A DNA stretch of 47,773 bases from Candidatus Woesearchaeota archaeon (lineage in GTDB: Archaea > Nanobdellota > Nanobdellia > Woesearchaeales > B72-G16), in contig QMQO01000005.1 in assembly GCA_003650545.1 (NCBI GenBank), forward strand, positions 1-47,773. Reading direction: 5' to 3'. A program made the position numbers and the translations under genes. Shown here piece after piece: positions 35,946 through 47,600 of the stretch (positions are counted from its first letter, which is position 1; the number at the start of each line of letters is the position of its first letter). Under the pieces are notes generated by a model. That model was given only the letters and a program-made list of their open reading frames with translations. It made no database searches and was not told the DNA's origin.

Positions 35946-38165
35946 ATGAAACACAAGGGACAGATGACATTTTTCATGATCGTGGCAATAGCCCTGCTTA
36001 TGCTATTTGCGATTATATACTTTATATCAGTAAAAACAAAAACAGTGAGGCGGACTGAGATGTTGGATGTATTAGATGTAAGAAATTATATGGAAGCTTG
36101 TGTCAGGAATGTGTTGAATGATGGAATAGAACTGTTGAGCAAGCAGGGCGGTTACATATATAAATATCAGAATGGAAGCACTGAATGTTGTCCGATCAAG
36201 ATAATTGTAGAAGACCCCCAGACTGGGAGACAACGCGAATTCACTTTGGAAACTGTAGAGTATAGCGACTCTAGAGGCGAGTATAATGTTTCTTTTTCAC
36301 TGTATGCGCCATATATTCCTAACCCGGTTAATCTTTACCCTAGTCCACCAAATTATTTAGGTTATGTGATAGCGCCAATGCTGAAGAAAACCCTAAAGCC
36401 TGGGTTTTTGTCTGTACAGGATCAACTTAAATATTACCTGAACAATTCTGTTGGTGTTTGCCTAAAACAAGCGCAAGATGTGTTCAATAGTACTTATGAT
36501 TTTATAGTTTCAGAAGGAACACCAGTTCTAAATGTTTCAGTTTTCTTGAACAGGATTGATGCTGTTTTGAATCTTCCTGTGGTTGTCGGCAGAGGTGGAG
36601 AGGTTAAGACCTTAAAACGGTTTGGTGTTACATCTGATGTGCGTCTTGGTTTGGTTTACTCGTTGTTGTTCGAGTTGAATCCTGATGTTACTGACAGACC
36701 AGTAATGAGGAGGGATGCGTCTGAGGCTGATTTTGACATAACAAAGCCTGAGGTTTTTGAGGGTGTTGGTATAGAGGGTATTAGTGTTGGAAGGTATGAT
36801 GCCAGCACCTATGATGTTATTGTTGTTGAAGATAACAGGCATATATTGAATGGACAAAATTATCGTTTCTATACTGCTCGCGAAAATAGACCGCCTGTAG
36901 TAGCGCCTTACCAGGTGCAGGAATATGGGGTTGATTATTTTGTTACAGCTGGTGATACAATAGATATCAAGACATTGGCAGTTGATCCTGATGAGGATAA
37001 CATAACAGTGAAGATAAATGGTTGGGGAGCTGACTATTGTAATGTTGAACCGATGCATTTAGAGTTATGCGGACAGCCTTATCTGGACTATGTTGGGTTC
37101 ATGTATTTTACAGAGGGTGATGAATATGAACCTAGGCCTCAAAGTTGCAAATCTGGTTTTGAAAACATAGCAGATATCACAGATGGATATGTAGGTAGTG
37201 ATGATGTTCAGTTGCTTTGTGTTAATAAAAGCTATAAAGATGATGTTGGTCTAACTTCTCGAGATCCATCAACCAAACCATCTTGTCCACCTGGTTGTGA
37301 AGAAGCTGGCGAGGTCAGTAATAAGAATTGTGATTATGCTCATTCCTATTGTAATAGATTACTCTGTATTAAGAGCAGTAGCCCCATAGCTGGGAAGGTT
37401 AAAATAACAGAACCTAGCAAGCATGAAGATAAGCCTGAGTGTCCTGATGGTTTTAGAGCATATTCTTATATAAAGGATTGCGGTGCTGGCATTTGTCATG
37501 GCGATCAAACCCTTTGTCTGGGCCAGATTGAGTTGATGGCACCTGCGTCTGGCTGGGTTAAAGATGAAAACGGCTATCATTACGAAACCAAAAATGAGGA
37601 TGCTATAAAAAGTGAGATTTTTATTAATGCGACTGATCCTGCAGGCACAAGCGACTGGAGCATGTTAAGTATTATTGTGAATGATGTTCCAGAGCCAATG
37701 ATTATTCCTGTATACAATGATAAATGTAGATATGATTACAAACTTAAAGATAATTCTTTTTTCTTGCAGTTAGATGCTGGTGATAGGATTCCACAGTTAC
37801 CTCCAGGTGGTGTAGAACCCTATACTCAAGAAGGATATAAAATGGATATAAGTTGTACTGCAGGTAATACTGCAGGTAATGTAGAAGTTGTGGTGCAGCC
37901 ACCACCTCCTTATTCTAGGTCGTCTAAAATAGTGCAACTACAATTTAAGAAAAATGGAGTGGTGATTAGTGATGCAGAAATTGATAATCTTCGATGCGAG
38001 CTTGATGTTACTGATCCTTATGGCGCAAGAGAAAGTTCCGGATTTCAAATAGACAAAATCTGCGCTGCTAATTGTGGAGATCAATGCAGTATAGAGTTTG
38101 GTTTTGAGGAAACAGAAGTATCAATACCTGGAGTTTACAATTGTGAGGGAGAATGCATACCTTAA
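35946..38165 (+). CDS. Large Cys-rich protein with a class III (archaeal pilin-type) signal peptide
   Basis: MKHKG|QMTFFMIVAIALLMLF; VRNYMEACV...LSKQGGY; cadherin-like NRPP...DPDED; Cys-rich triplet repeat. Confidence 0.82.
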   Translation: MKHKGQMTFFMIVAIALLMLFAIIYFISVKTKTVRRTEMLDVLDVRNYMEACVRNVLNDGIELLSKQGGYIYKYQNGSTECCPIKIIVEDPQTGRQREFTLETVEYSDSRGEYNVSFSLYAPYIPNPVNLYPSPPNYLGYVIAPMLKKTLKPGFLSVQDQLKYYLNNSVGVCLKQAQDVFNSTYDFIVSEGTPVLNVSVFLNRIDAVLNLPVVVGRGGEVKTLKRFGVTSDVRLGLVYSLLFELNPDVTDRPVMRRDASEADFDITKPEVFEGVGIEGISVGRYDASTYDVIVVEDNRHILNGQNYRFYTARENRPPVVAPYQVQEYGVDYFVTAGDTIDIKTLAVDPDEDNITVKINGWGADYCNVEPMHLELCGQPYLDYVGFMYFTEGDEYEPRPQSCKSGFENIADITDGYVGSDDVQLLCVNKSYKDDVGLTSRDPSTKPSCPPGCEEAGEVSNKNCDYAHSYCNRLLCIKSSSPIAGKVKITEPSKHEDKPECPDGFRAYSYIKDCGAGICHGDQTLCLGQIELMAPASGWVKDENGYHYETKNEDAIKSEIFINATDPAGTSDWSMLSIIVNDVPEPMIIPVYNDKCRYDYKLKDNSFFLQLDAGDRIPQLPPGGVEPYTQEGYKMDISCTAGNTAGNVEVVVQPPPPYSRSSKIVQLQFKKNGVVISDAEIDNLRCELDVTDPYGARESSGFQIDKICAANCGDQCSIEFGFEETEVSIPGVYNCEGECIP

Positions 38166-41100
38166 TGATGAAAAACAAAAACTGGATGATTGCATTTGCA
38201 TTGCTAGTTTTATTGTTGTTTGTTAGCTATGTTAATGCTGGATGTTGTCAAAAGATTGATGGCACTTGTGTTCCTGTTGCTTATAGTGAAGAATGTATAG
38301 GTACTTATTCTGGACTAGATTGTGAACAGCTACTAATGTGCCAGGAGAAATGTTATGTTTTTCAGTTAGCTGGAACTAATAATCAGAGTTGTGAATGGAT
38401 AACAGATGCAACCAAGGACTATTATGTTTCAAATGGTCCGTATTTTTCAAGTCTCTATTTTTCCATACTTCAACCAGGAATATATAACAGAGAGGGTTGT
38501 CTGGATGTTTGTGTCAGTGGCGAGGTTCAGATTTGTCCGTCAGATGGGTGTTTTCCTGACACAGGCGGGTATTATAAGAATTGTGTGTTCTACCAGGATT
38601 GTCGTGGCCCAGACGGAGTAAGAGGTGGAATAGATTGTTGTCCTAGTGGTTATGAATGTAATCAGGCTCCGGATGGTGTCTGGAGATGTACAACCCCTAC
38701 CTGTATTCCTGAGTATGTGTGTGACGATATAAGAGATTGTGGACCAGGCATTGAGACGGGTTGGTGCAATACATGGAGACAGATCAATGTTTGTGATCGT
38801 CCAGATATACCAGCTCCAGAACCAGGCGATCCTGTAGCTTGTCCTGCGCCAAATCTTTGCAGCGAGCTGGGAAGATGCTATATAGATCCAGATACAGGAG
38901 AAAAGTTCATATGTTGGTATGTTGAGGGGGTTGGTCTTTCCCTAGTACCTGCTGCTGATACAGAATCTGTTCAAGGTGATCTGGAAAAGACAATGATGCT
39001 TTGTCATGATAACTTTGATAATGATTGTGATGGCATGATTGACTGTGATGATATTGGTGATCAAGGTCAACCAGATTGTGGGTTGGTTCTAGCTAGTGTA
39101 ACTGAGGATCCGAACACACCTTATGATGATAATTGTAATGGTGAGATAGACGATTTTCCAGGATCGCATTGCTATAACAATATTAGGGATGAGGGTGAGC
39201 TGGGGATTGATTGTGGTGATCCTGAAAATCTATGTGGTGATTGTTGCGAGAATGCTTATGCTGAAGTGGGAAGTTACAGTAATGGGCTTTATTATTATGA
39301 TATATTTCCTCCCATAGAAGATTATTCTTTTACTCCAGAGGTTGCAGAGACTGGCTTTAATTGTGGTGGTGCCTGCCTTAACAAGCCTTATCCTCAGAGA
39401 TGTCCTATTGGTAGTGGATGTAAAACAGATGCAGACTGTAACCAAGACATAGCTGGGTTTGCAGGTGAAGCTGAAGTCAGATGTGTCAAGGAACAAGGAA
39501 GCGAGTTTGGTTTATGCAGCTTGTGTATTGATAGGGATGGTGACGGCTATAACTCAACAGCAAGCATTGGTTTGTGCGGAGATGTCCTAGATTGTAATGA
39601 TAACAATATTCAAGCAGCAGTGCCAGGAGACCCTGGTTGTGTTGGGGTGTGCACAGACATAGCTGTTACTGGCTTGCAGGCAAAACCAATAAGATTTTCA
39701 CCTAAAATCAGGATAACATGGCTGCAGCCTAGCTGTCCAATAGACCACATACAAATCACAAAAAGGAACCCTTCTGGCAGTTCTGAATTTATTGAGGTTC
39801 CTGCTAATCAATTTGAGTATATTGACACGATTGATCAGCCAAAAAGTGTGTATAAATATTCTGTGACGATATTTTATAAAGATGGCCAAACAGCATACTC
39901 AGACGAGGTTTCAATCACAAGTAACATAGATGGTCGTGACATAACCTCTGGAGAGTTGTTCTGCTTTCAACCAAGAAAAGAGTTCTGTGTGAATGACGCA
40001 AGGATGGAATGTGACGAGGATAATTTTTATTCAGATCCGCCAATCGAGGTTTGCCGTGATCCTCCTGCAAAGAATAAAATATGCCGCGGACCAGATGTAA
40101 ACGGAGACACAATGTGTGTTGAGATTGCTAGATGCGATAAATGTAATGAACCATTTGGTGTGTTTGCAGAAGGCGGCAGAACACTATGGAAACCGCCAGG
40201 AGCTTTTGGCGAGCAAAATATAGATTGCAGTCAGGTGGATAGCTGCTATATTGATAGACTGAACTCAACAGTGAATGCTTATAAAAGCTGTGAGTTTGTC
40301 CAGAGCTGCTATGACTATGTTAGTAAGGAAGCTTGCGAGAAAAATAAGTGCGATGTGGGTCTTACTGCAAGGTTTGGAAAGAAATGTGAATGGTTGCAGA
40401 ACCCAGAATTTGCAGAACTTGGTGCAGGTATATGCAGGCCAGTAAACGAGTCTGAGTGGGACTGTCATGCATGCGAGCGTTTAGATAGTTTGCTGATAGG
40501 GGGATGCTCAAGAAGCAACTGCCAGTTGTTTGGCGAATGTTACTTTGCTAACAGGAATATATATGATGTTAATGGAATTGAAAAGCCATGGAGCTGCCGC
40601 AGCAAAGAAGAAACAGGATGCCAGTTCTACACAAATGAACAGGATTGTGTAAACTCGAGTTCGCCATTCTCAAAAGCAGGAGAACAACAAGTGGGTGGAG
40701 AATCAAATGTGTTTGCTACATGGCTCAGGGAAGATCATTCTGATAAGAGGGTTGGCGGAAGCCATGCTTTCTTGGACAGAAGCGATGATTATTTTAATTT
40801 TGGAACTTGTAAATGGGATGATGTGAGTGGGTGCTATAAAGATGCAAACAATAAAACTAATTCAACATATGGCGATCTGGAGAAGGATTGTAATGATTAT
40901 GATTACCTTTGTATCTGGGATAATACACCACCAACAACAACTCTTGATACTAATGGTGTTGTTGGCAGAGATATGCAGATGCTGTATCATGTAAACGAAC
41001 CTGCAACCACATATTTTTGTCTAACAAGAAGTGGCTTTTGCTACCCCAACAGAACCAGTGGGGATATAACAACAGCTGGCGTGTTCAGCCACATCTTTAA

Positions 41101-44100
41101 CATGAACGATGGTGGTTACTGGAACCTTTGGTATTATTCAGAGGATTATGGTGTGTATGCGCCGCATGGTAATCTTGAGCTTGTTAAGAATAGAACTATT
41201 TTTGTTGATACACTTGTGGGACCACTTGATTTTCACTTCTCATATGAACCAAGCTTGGTTGGTGTGGATACCTATGTTTCAACCCTGTTTGTAACGGTTA
41301 ATGCATCTGACCCTAACAAGATAATGTGCTTTTTTATGCTGCATAATTCTTCAGGGGCCAGAATGAAAGACCAAGCAGATATACAACCGTTTGAAGAGAA
41401 TTTTACTCTTGACTTAGTTTATCCTGGCTTGAAAGATGGTATTTACTATTTAAATTATACATGTGTTGACGGTGTTGGTAATGTCCTAAAAGGGAGAAGG
41501 GACACAAGAATAGACGGGGATCTTAGTATTTCCAATCCACAACCAAGCTGGACCATTAACTATAATCTTGAGGATGGTGCGATCCCGATCAACATCACAA
41601 CACAGAACAGAGCAGTGTGGTGTAAGTATGGCTTTGGTAAGGATGCTGAGCCTAGCTTTTTGTTTGATACAAGTGAAGATGGAAAATTTCATGAGAAGGT
41701 TCTGACAGGTGTTAATACGCCAACATATCTGCGTGGAACAAATGAGATTGTTTATATAAGGGTTAAGTGTAATGTTACAACTAGCCGCGGCTTTAAGTTA
41801 GCAGGGATGAATACAGCAGACGATATCATCTTTGCGATTGACAAGACAGGACCAGTAACAGAGGTTGTGGATGCATCGTCTAATAAACCAGCGGCTGTAT
41901 CGGGCTTGTTTAACCATCCTGTTGATTTGAGGCTTAAATGTTATGATGTGCCTATAACCAACTATGGTTTTCCAGACAAGGCGTTTGGCTGCGCGAACAT
42001 AACCGCGTGTATAAACGGTCAGTGTTCAACCCTGCCGCCTGTATGTGACGAGGAAAATTGTTTGACAGGTGGTTATAGACAACTACCAACAATATATGAT
42101 ACAACAACTATCACATATTACTCTACTGATAAAGGCGGAAATACAGGGAATGTAACCGAAGATGTCATAAGGGTGGACATGCAGCCGCCTGAGTTTGATT
42201 TTGAGGTTCTTGATCTGGATGGAGAGGTAGTTGACATAATAGGCACAGGGTACCACCTGATTAATGTAACTGCATCTGATAATAACGGTCAGATATCTTC
42301 GATACCAAGCAAACCGAAGATTACCATTAGTTCACGGTCTGGCTTGGTTCCAACAAGAAATTACACTTTAGAGAATAACATGTTTGTGTCTATAGATCCA
42401 ATGCCTGATGATATTGAGACTGAGGTTGAGGTTACTGTGTCTGGGTATGATCTGGCAGATAATCTTGGGAGCCGAACAAAGTATTACATGGTTGATACCA
42501 AGAAACCTGCTCCAGTGACTTTCATGCCAGCCTTTGACACTTTCATGAAACGTGATGCGCATGATCCTTATAGATATTACACAAACAGAAGCTGGTTTGT
42601 CTCAGGGAAAACATCAGAAAATAACCTAACGATAACTTTTTACATAGCAAATGATGAACATGAACTTATTAACATCTCAAGCTATAACCAGAAGATTATT
42701 GTTGGAGATAATAAGCCTATATCTCCTGTTGTACCTCCTGTAGTATCTCCTGCAACTCAAGCATCGCATGGTGTTAATTTTTACCAGGCTACAGGAATAG
42801 AAGGCGAGAATACGATAAAAACAAACAAACTTGTTAGCTTGGATCATCTTCAAGAAGGGAATTATGTATTGCTGGATGTAGACGGGTTTAGGAGGGATTA
42901 CAGGCATTATGGCTGGTATCACAAGATAACAGGTGTGAGCGATGTTGGTAACAATTACATTGTTACATTAGAAACGCCACTGACAAAATCATTTCAGAGC
43001 CCAGAACCGTTTTATATATACAAAAAAGAAATACCTGAAAAATGGTTTGGTGACGAAACAAACCTTGCTCTGGGAGAGAATATATTCTTTGCTAATGTGA
43101 CAGACCAGGCAGGAAATATTGGAAAAGGACAAGTTTATGTTTTCTTGGTGGATCAGGAAGCGCCTGTGTTGGATTTTGTTTACCCTGGAATTGGAGAGAT
43201 GATTAATGAAAAAAATGTAATCTTTGATGTCCGCGTTAAAGACCTTAAGAAGGGATCAAGGGTCGACCAAAATAGCATAAAAGTTTTGTTTGATGGTGTT
43301 GATGTCGAAAACTTTACATTGAGTGCTGTTGCAGGAAACCCAAACTATGATGTTGTTAAGATTAGCTTTAAGAAGAAGAATCTTGAATATGGAACACATA
43401 ATTTGAGTGTGAATGCAAGGGATAATGCGGGTAACATAATCGCAAGAGATTGGGGGTTTGAAATTGTCGATGTTCCAGCAAAACCTATTATGAGCTTTTT
43501 AACTATAGCAGCAGGGAATCCGTATGCAATAGATGGAAAAGAAACGTATTTCCTTGCAACAGACAGTAACTTTACTCTTAGTTTTAAAGAAGATAGGATT
43601 AAACTTAACAATGTAGCAGTAGATGGTTCTCCACTAGACTGCTTTAACACTAGCTTGAATGTGTTCAAATGTGAGCTGCTAACATCAGAAGGCTCTCACA
43701 TAATAAATGTCAAAGCTCAGTATTATAATAGCAGCTTTGAATTAAGCGAGGAAGGTAACTATAATTTTTATGTTGTAAAAGATATCGCGGCTCCTGAGTT
43801 TACTCTTGATTACAAAAGCAAAGCTAGACCTAATAGCACCCTTAGGATAACCGCAAATGTGTTGAACGAGGAACACGATGTTCTGATGTTTTTGAATTTT
43901 TCAAATCATTTCCCTCGGATCTATCAGCAATTCTATAGGCTAGATTGGGCTGTGCCTAATCTAGCTGATGGATCCTATATTTTTCCTGTCACAGCAACAG
44001 ATCATGCAGGAAACCAGAAAACAGTAAACATGACAATCGAGATTGACCAGGGATTGCCTGTTTTTAACATAACTGATGTATTGGTGCATGGATTTAACAG

Positions 44101-44440
44101 AATATTAAGGTATACAGTTGTAGGAACAGTTAACTACAGAACAAATGCTTTCTTTGTGGATATCTTAGGAGATATTGTTTCTGAAGATGTAAATCGTATC
44201 ATAGCACAAAACATCGAAGACATGGATAATACTCTGAGAGAAGGAAACATAACGGATGATAGGTTTAACATAACAGATGTAAACATCTTTAGCAGCCAGG
44301 GAGAAGATAAACTGAATCAGATAGTTGTTACTGCAATAGATGAGATTGATAATAGGGCCAACAAGACATTAAATATTTATCAGGATATTATTGGGCCGCA
44401 AAACCCAAATGTTACAATTATAGAGCAGGTGCTTGGGTGA
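38165..44440 (+). CDS. Giant secreted Cys-rich, FN3 and Ig-like repeat protein
   Basis: Signal peptide ending VNA; DNDCDGMIDC and CIDRDGDGY...DCND acidic motifs; FN3-like segment; repeated D.(A/G)GN...D...P Ig-like units; TAATG coupling to the upstream gene. Confidence 0.87.
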   Translation: MMKNKNWMIAFALLVLLLFVSYVNAGCCQKIDGTCVPVAYSEECIGTYSGLDCEQLLMCQEKCYVFQLAGTNNQSCEWITDATKDYYVSNGPYFSSLYFSILQPGIYNREGCLDVCVSGEVQICPSDGCFPDTGGYYKNCVFYQDCRGPDGVRGGIDCCPSGYECNQAPDGVWRCTTPTCIPEYVCDDIRDCGPGIETGWCNTWRQINVCDRPDIPAPEPGDPVACPAPNLCSELGRCYIDPDTGEKFICWYVEGVGLSLVPAADTESVQGDLEKTMMLCHDNFDNDCDGMIDCDDIGDQGQPDCGLVLASVTEDPNTPYDDNCNGEIDDFPGSHCYNNIRDEGELGIDCGDPENLCGDCCENAYAEVGSYSNGLYYYDIFPPIEDYSFTPEVAETGFNCGGACLNKPYPQRCPIGSGCKTDADCNQDIAGFAGEAEVRCVKEQGSEFGLCSLCIDRDGDGYNSTASIGLCGDVLDCNDNNIQAAVPGDPGCVGVCTDIAVTGLQAKPIRFSPKIRITWLQPSCPIDHIQITKRNPSGSSEFIEVPANQFEYIDTIDQPKSVYKYSVTIFYKDGQTAYSDEVSITSNIDGRDITSGELFCFQPRKEFCVNDARMECDEDNFYSDPPIEVCRDPPAKNKICRGPDVNGDTMCVEIARCDKCNEPFGVFAEGGRTLWKPPGAFGEQNIDCSQVDSCYIDRLNSTVNAYKSCEFVQSCYDYVSKEACEKNKCDVGLTARFGKKCEWLQNPEFAELGAGICRPVNESEWDCHACERLDSLLIGGCSRSNCQLFGECYFANRNIYDVNGIEKPWSCRSKEETGCQFYTNEQDCVNSSSPFSKAGEQQVGGESNVFATWLREDHSDKRVGGSHAFLDRSDDYFNFGTCKWDDVSGCYKDANNKTNSTYGDLEKDCNDYDYLCIWDNTPPTTTLDTNGVVGRDMQMLYHVNEPATTYFCLTRSGFCYPNRTSGDITTAGVFSHIFNMNDGGYWNLWYYSEDYGVYAPHGNLELVKNRTIFVDTLVGPLDFHFSYEPSLVGVDTYVSTLFVTVNASDPNKIMCFFMLHNSSGARMKDQADIQPFEENFTLDLVYPGLKDGIYYLNYTCVDGVGNVLKGRRDTRIDGDLSISNPQPSWTINYNLEDGAIPINITTQNRAVWCKYGFGKDAEPSFLFDTSEDGKFHEKVLTGVNTPTYLRGTNEIVYIRVKCNVTTSRGFKLAGMNTADDIIFAIDKTGPVTEVVDASSNKPAAVSGLFNHPVDLRLKCYDVPITNYGFPDKAFGCANITACINGQCSTLPPVCDEENCLTGGYRQLPTIYDTTTITYYSTDKGGNTGNVTEDVIRVDMQPPEFDFEVLDLDGEVVDIIGTGYHLINVTASDNNGQISSIPSKPKITISSRSGLVPTRNYTLENNMFVSIDPMPDDIETEVEVTVSGYDLADNLGSRTKYYMVDTKKPAPVTFMPAFDTFMKRDAHDPYRYYTNRSWFVSGKTSENNLTITFYIANDEHELINISSYNQKIIVGDNKPISPVVPPVVSPATQASHGVNFYQATGIEGENTIKTNKLVSLDHLQEGNYVLLDVDGFRRDYRHYGWYHKITGVSDVGNNYIVTLETPLTKSFQSPEPFYIYKKEIPEKWFGDETNLALGENIFFANVTDQAGNIGKGQVYVFLVDQEAPVLDFVYPGIGEMINEKNVIFDVRVKDLKKGSRVDQNSIKVLFDGVDVENFTLSAVAGNPNYDVVKISFKKKNLEYGTHNLSVNARDNAGNIIARDWGFEIVDVPAKPIMSFLTIAAGNPYAIDGKETYFLATDSNFTLSFKEDRIKLNNVAVDGSPLDCFNTSLNVFKCELLTSEGSHIINVKAQYYNSSFELSEEGNYNFYVVKDIAAPEFTLDYKSKARPNSTLRITANVLNEEHDVLMFLNFSNHFPRIYQQFYRLDWAVPNLADGSYIFPVTATDHAGNQKTVNMTIEIDQGLPVFNITDVLVHGFNRILRYTVVGTVNYRTNAFFVDILGDIVSEDVNRIIAQNIEDMDNTLREGNITDDRFNITDVNIFSSQGEDKLNQIVVTAIDEIDNRANKTLNIYQDIIGPQNPNVTIIEQVLG

Positions 44441-44652
44441 GGTTTGAGCATGACAGCAAATAAGGCGCAAAAATAATATGATGAAAATGCAAGGAGAAGA
44501 AAAAAGCCAAGGAGAAGAAAAAAGGTTGAATGAAAATTGTAAAAATAATTGTGTAAAAATAGATGATTCAAATCAATGGTAAAAATAAATGATATAAAAA
44601 ATGATGTAAAAAAATGATGCAAAAATAAACATGAAAACATGAAAATGTGAGT

Positions 44653-47600
44653 ATGAGTGTTAGAATGAGTGCAAAAATGAAGACCAACATTAACATGATG
44701 CCTAGAGCGATGCGAATGTTCATTTTGCTGGCTGTAGCTCTATGCTTTACACTATGCTTTACAATGCTTTGCTTTACTGTTCATGCACAAGACATACCTG
44801 TTTTTGAGAGTAACTTTTCGATGCCTATCATAAGGCTGAGGTATGATGAACCGATTTCTGTACTAGACTTTAATCTAACGGACAGGTCAGGTGGAAGGGT
44901 TCCTGCTCATATAGAGACTCTTGATAACATCACGCTGGATATCGTGCTAGAGAGACCTCTGCATAATAGCGACTACCTGTTGACAGTGCGTGCAGAGGAT
45001 CTTCTTGGCAATAAGGGTTTTGTTGATATTTACAAGATTTTAATAAGTGCAGAATTCTTGTCGATAGACTTGCTCTACCCTAGGTTTGGCTATGCTCCTA
45101 GAGAAAATATAACAGTCAAGGTTAGAACAAATATTGACTCGAGATGCGCGATAGGTGGTGCGGATCTTCCGTTTGAGGTGTTGCAGCAGATGTCAACACC
45201 ACAGGGTATAATACATCAGACTGCAACAACGGTTTTTGAAGGGAGTGTTAAGTATATCAAATGTAAGGATGTTGAATACGGATATCTGGCAACCAAAATA
45301 GTTACATTCCATATAGATGACACTCCGCCAAGGATACTAGATTACGGTGCATCGCCGCAGGTTGTACAAGAGCTAACAAGAGCTCCTCCGAGAGGGGCGG
45401 CTGTTGATTTCTACATTGAGACAGACGATTTAGCTGTATGTAAGTTTGATGCTCTTAACAATACCTTTGATTCAATGGCTCTTACAGGAGATGACATTAA
45501 TGGTTCTTATTTCATGGAGGAAGATGAAACAAAAGAAGAAACATATAAACATCTGCATAGATATCGCTTATTTCTTCCGTCGGATAAGAGATCCTATTCG
45601 TATAGTGTGGTGTGTCGCGGATTAAATGGCTTAGACTCAGATGATGTTAGGCTTGACTTTAGTGTGGATATTTCAGCAGAGCTTACAGCGAACATACTGA
45701 GTCCATCTGCATTCACAGGCGATCCAAACATAACATTGTATGTTGTGACAAGCAAACGTTCAGAGTGTTACTTTAATGAAGGTGCTGGCTATGAATCATT
45801 GCCTACAGACGATCTTTATACACACGTGGTTTACTTGGGTGAGAAGGAGGAGGGAGAGCATAATGTAATTGTAAGATGCTCAAGTTTAACAACAAACGAG
45901 ATTGCTACTGTGTCGCACAGCTATGTTGTGGACCTCACGCCGCCTGAATTAGAAGAAGTGGTGTTGTCTGATGTTAGAAATCATTCTTCTACAGAAAAAA
46001 CCTACTCAAAGAAGTTCAGGATAGAGTTTAGGCCTAGAGAGGCTGACAAAGCAAGCATAGCTGGTTATAACTTTACTATTTTTGATAGCTCAGGCAGGCA
46101 GGTAACAGGCTGGATATTTACAGAAAATGATGTTATAAGCGACACAAGGAGAGACGGCATTAAACTGAACTTTACTGACGGTGCTGGATTTAGGGTGAGG
46201 GCTCAAGCAATAGATAAATTCTCTAGGTATGGCGAGTTCAAGGATAGTAGCACTATCGTATATGAACCAAGAGGTGTGCCAGAGCATTGCGTGAATGGTG
46301 TCATGGATGAAGATGAGACTGGTGTTGATTGTGGTGGTGTAGATTGTGAAGCCTGCCCTGAAGACATAACATGCCATTCAGATTCTGATTGTGAGTCTGG
46401 TTATTGTGATGTGAGCATTGGTGTCTGCAGAGAAGCAAGCTGCACAGACAACAAGAAGAATGGTTTTGAGACAGATATCGATTGTGGAGAGGTGTGTGAG
46501 CATCTTCTGGGAGAGGAAGGTTTATGCGGGCTGGGGCTTGAGTGCGAGAATGATTACGATTGCAAGAGCAATCTTGCTTGTGCGGACTGGATTTGTTCAT
46601 TGCCAACATGTTCAGATAATTCTTCTAGGAGTAATGCTAGTCATAGCGAGACAGATGTTGACTGTGGTGGAACATGTGTGACATTATTTGGAAAAAAATG
46701 TGAAGATGGTAAAGGATGCGATTCGGATAGTGACTGTGCGAGTGATTTCTGTAAGGCTGGTGTGTGTACAGCAGCCTCGTTAAAAGATTCAGATGGCGAT
46801 GGAATGAACGATGGATGGGAGGATGAACATGGACTGGACAGGTTTAATCCTGATGATGCCAGGCTTGATCCAGATAGTGATGGATTAACCAATCTTGAAG
46901 AGTTCAAGCTTGGAACAGATCCAAATAATGCAGATAGTGATGGTGATGGTTGGAAAGATGGGAAAGAGGTTGAAGAAGGCACTAGTCCAGTAGATCCTCT
47001 CGAACATCCTAAGTCAATGTTGTTGACTTATATTTTCTTGATTTTAGGGATCATGATTGTTGGAGGAGCTATTGCATTCTTGATAAAGATGAAACCATGG
47101 GCAAAGAAAGCCCCGGCTGCGCCCAGACCTGTTATCCCCCCAATAATTGCGCCCCCTCCGAAGAAGCCCGAGCTAACACCTGAGCAAAGGGCTGCGATAG
47201 AGAGGGCTAGACTGATAGAAGAAAAGAGGCGCAGGGTTAGGGAAGAGAAAAGAAAGAAAAGAGAGGCTTTCCTCGAGCGGTTTGGACCAAGCAGAGAAGA
47301 GGCAAGAAAAAAGAAGATAGAGGAGTTAAAGAAACCATTAGAAGAAAGAGGTGGCTGGATGCCATTGGCAAGTTTAAGAGAACGCCTGAAGCTAAGAAGA
47401 GTTAAAAAAGACAAAACATTTGAACGTTTGGCTAGACTTGGTAAAAGACCTGTCAAACCTGTCAGACCTGTCAAACCAGTTGGACTCAAACCAAAGCCAG
47501 AAAAAATCAAGCCTGAAAAAGTAGTCAAAGCTAAGCCGTCAGCTAAGCCAGAAGAAGTTGAAACAAAAGAGATAGAAACAGTGTTTGAAAAACTAGAGAA

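Noticed and set aside
30456-44440. Diversity-generating retroelement targets or multiheme cytochromes among the Cys-rich proteins
   Set aside because: No reverse transcriptase or TR/VR pair was noticed by eye, and there is no recurring CxxCH pattern. A self-alignment would be needed to exclude distant repeats fully.
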